From assembly GCA_965200245.1 (NCBI GenBank), contig CBDATS010000005.1, positions 1-64,000 on the forward strand: a stretch of 64,000 nt of DNA, given 5' to 3'. The notes beneath the pieces were generated by a model. The model ran no database searches, was not told the origin of the DNA, and worked only from the letters and a program-made list of their open reading frames with translations. Shown piece after piece: positions 63,851 to 64,000 of this stretch. This DNA comes from a bacterium. GTDB taxonomy: Bacteria; UBA8248. Made by a program: the position numbers and the translations under genes. Position 1 is the stretch's first letter. Each line of letters starts with the position of its first letter.

Positions 63851-64000
63851 GTGGAGCTCAATGGCTCACAAATCATGATTGAAGAACTGAAAGCGGCAGG
63901 CATCGAGATGGCCTTCGGGATACCGGGCGGCGCCATCATGCCGTTTTACGATGAATTGCTGAAGGCGGATTTCCCGCACATCCTCACCCGTCACGAGCAG
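63851..64000 (+). CDS. ilvB: second acetolactate synthase large subunit (partial, runs off the window)
   Basis: GTG after AGGAGG; NGSQIMIEEL...FGIPGGAIMPFYD...HILTRHEQ. Confidence 0.85.
   Translation, partial: MELNGSQIMIEELKAAGIEMAFGIPGGAIMPFYDELLKADFPHILTRHEQ

Overview
GC-rich bacterial chromosomal window from a diderm organism. The split F0 atp operon followed by rex, the dapL-folK-panC order and the many EamA/LLM/SDR genes suggest a Nitrospinota/Tectomicrobia/deltaproteobacteria-like marine lineage; this is inference only. Core and metabolic genes include four EamA transporters, AOR, MsrP, a DEAD-box helicase, HU, hisC, larEBC plus a MoaD-like gene, a TPR-TPR-ExbB-ExbD-TonB cluster, panC, folK, dapL, atpZIBE, rex, tsaB and tandem ilvB. 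Two accessory blocks interrupt them. The first is a decaying island at about 4-14 kb with a truncated TonB receptor, HNH and HsdR fragments, direct and inverted repeats, a DnaQ-BRCT pseudogene and a disrupted type II Zorya system. The second, at about 50-57 kb, holds katG and an ATP-grasp/M20-GGT-N-formylglutamate amidohydrolase operon. The ORF track splits two probable selenoproteins at in-frame UGA codons, each followed by a SECIS-like hairpin: an AhpD-like CxxU protein and an iodothyronine-deiodinase-like TUPP protein. Other notable items are a Wss1/SprT-like protease whose in-frame tail ends in a beta-clamp-like motif, a membrane-anchored 7Fe-ferredoxin fusion and an orphan NHLP RiPP precursor. 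All family calls come from motif recognition by eye; no database searches were run.
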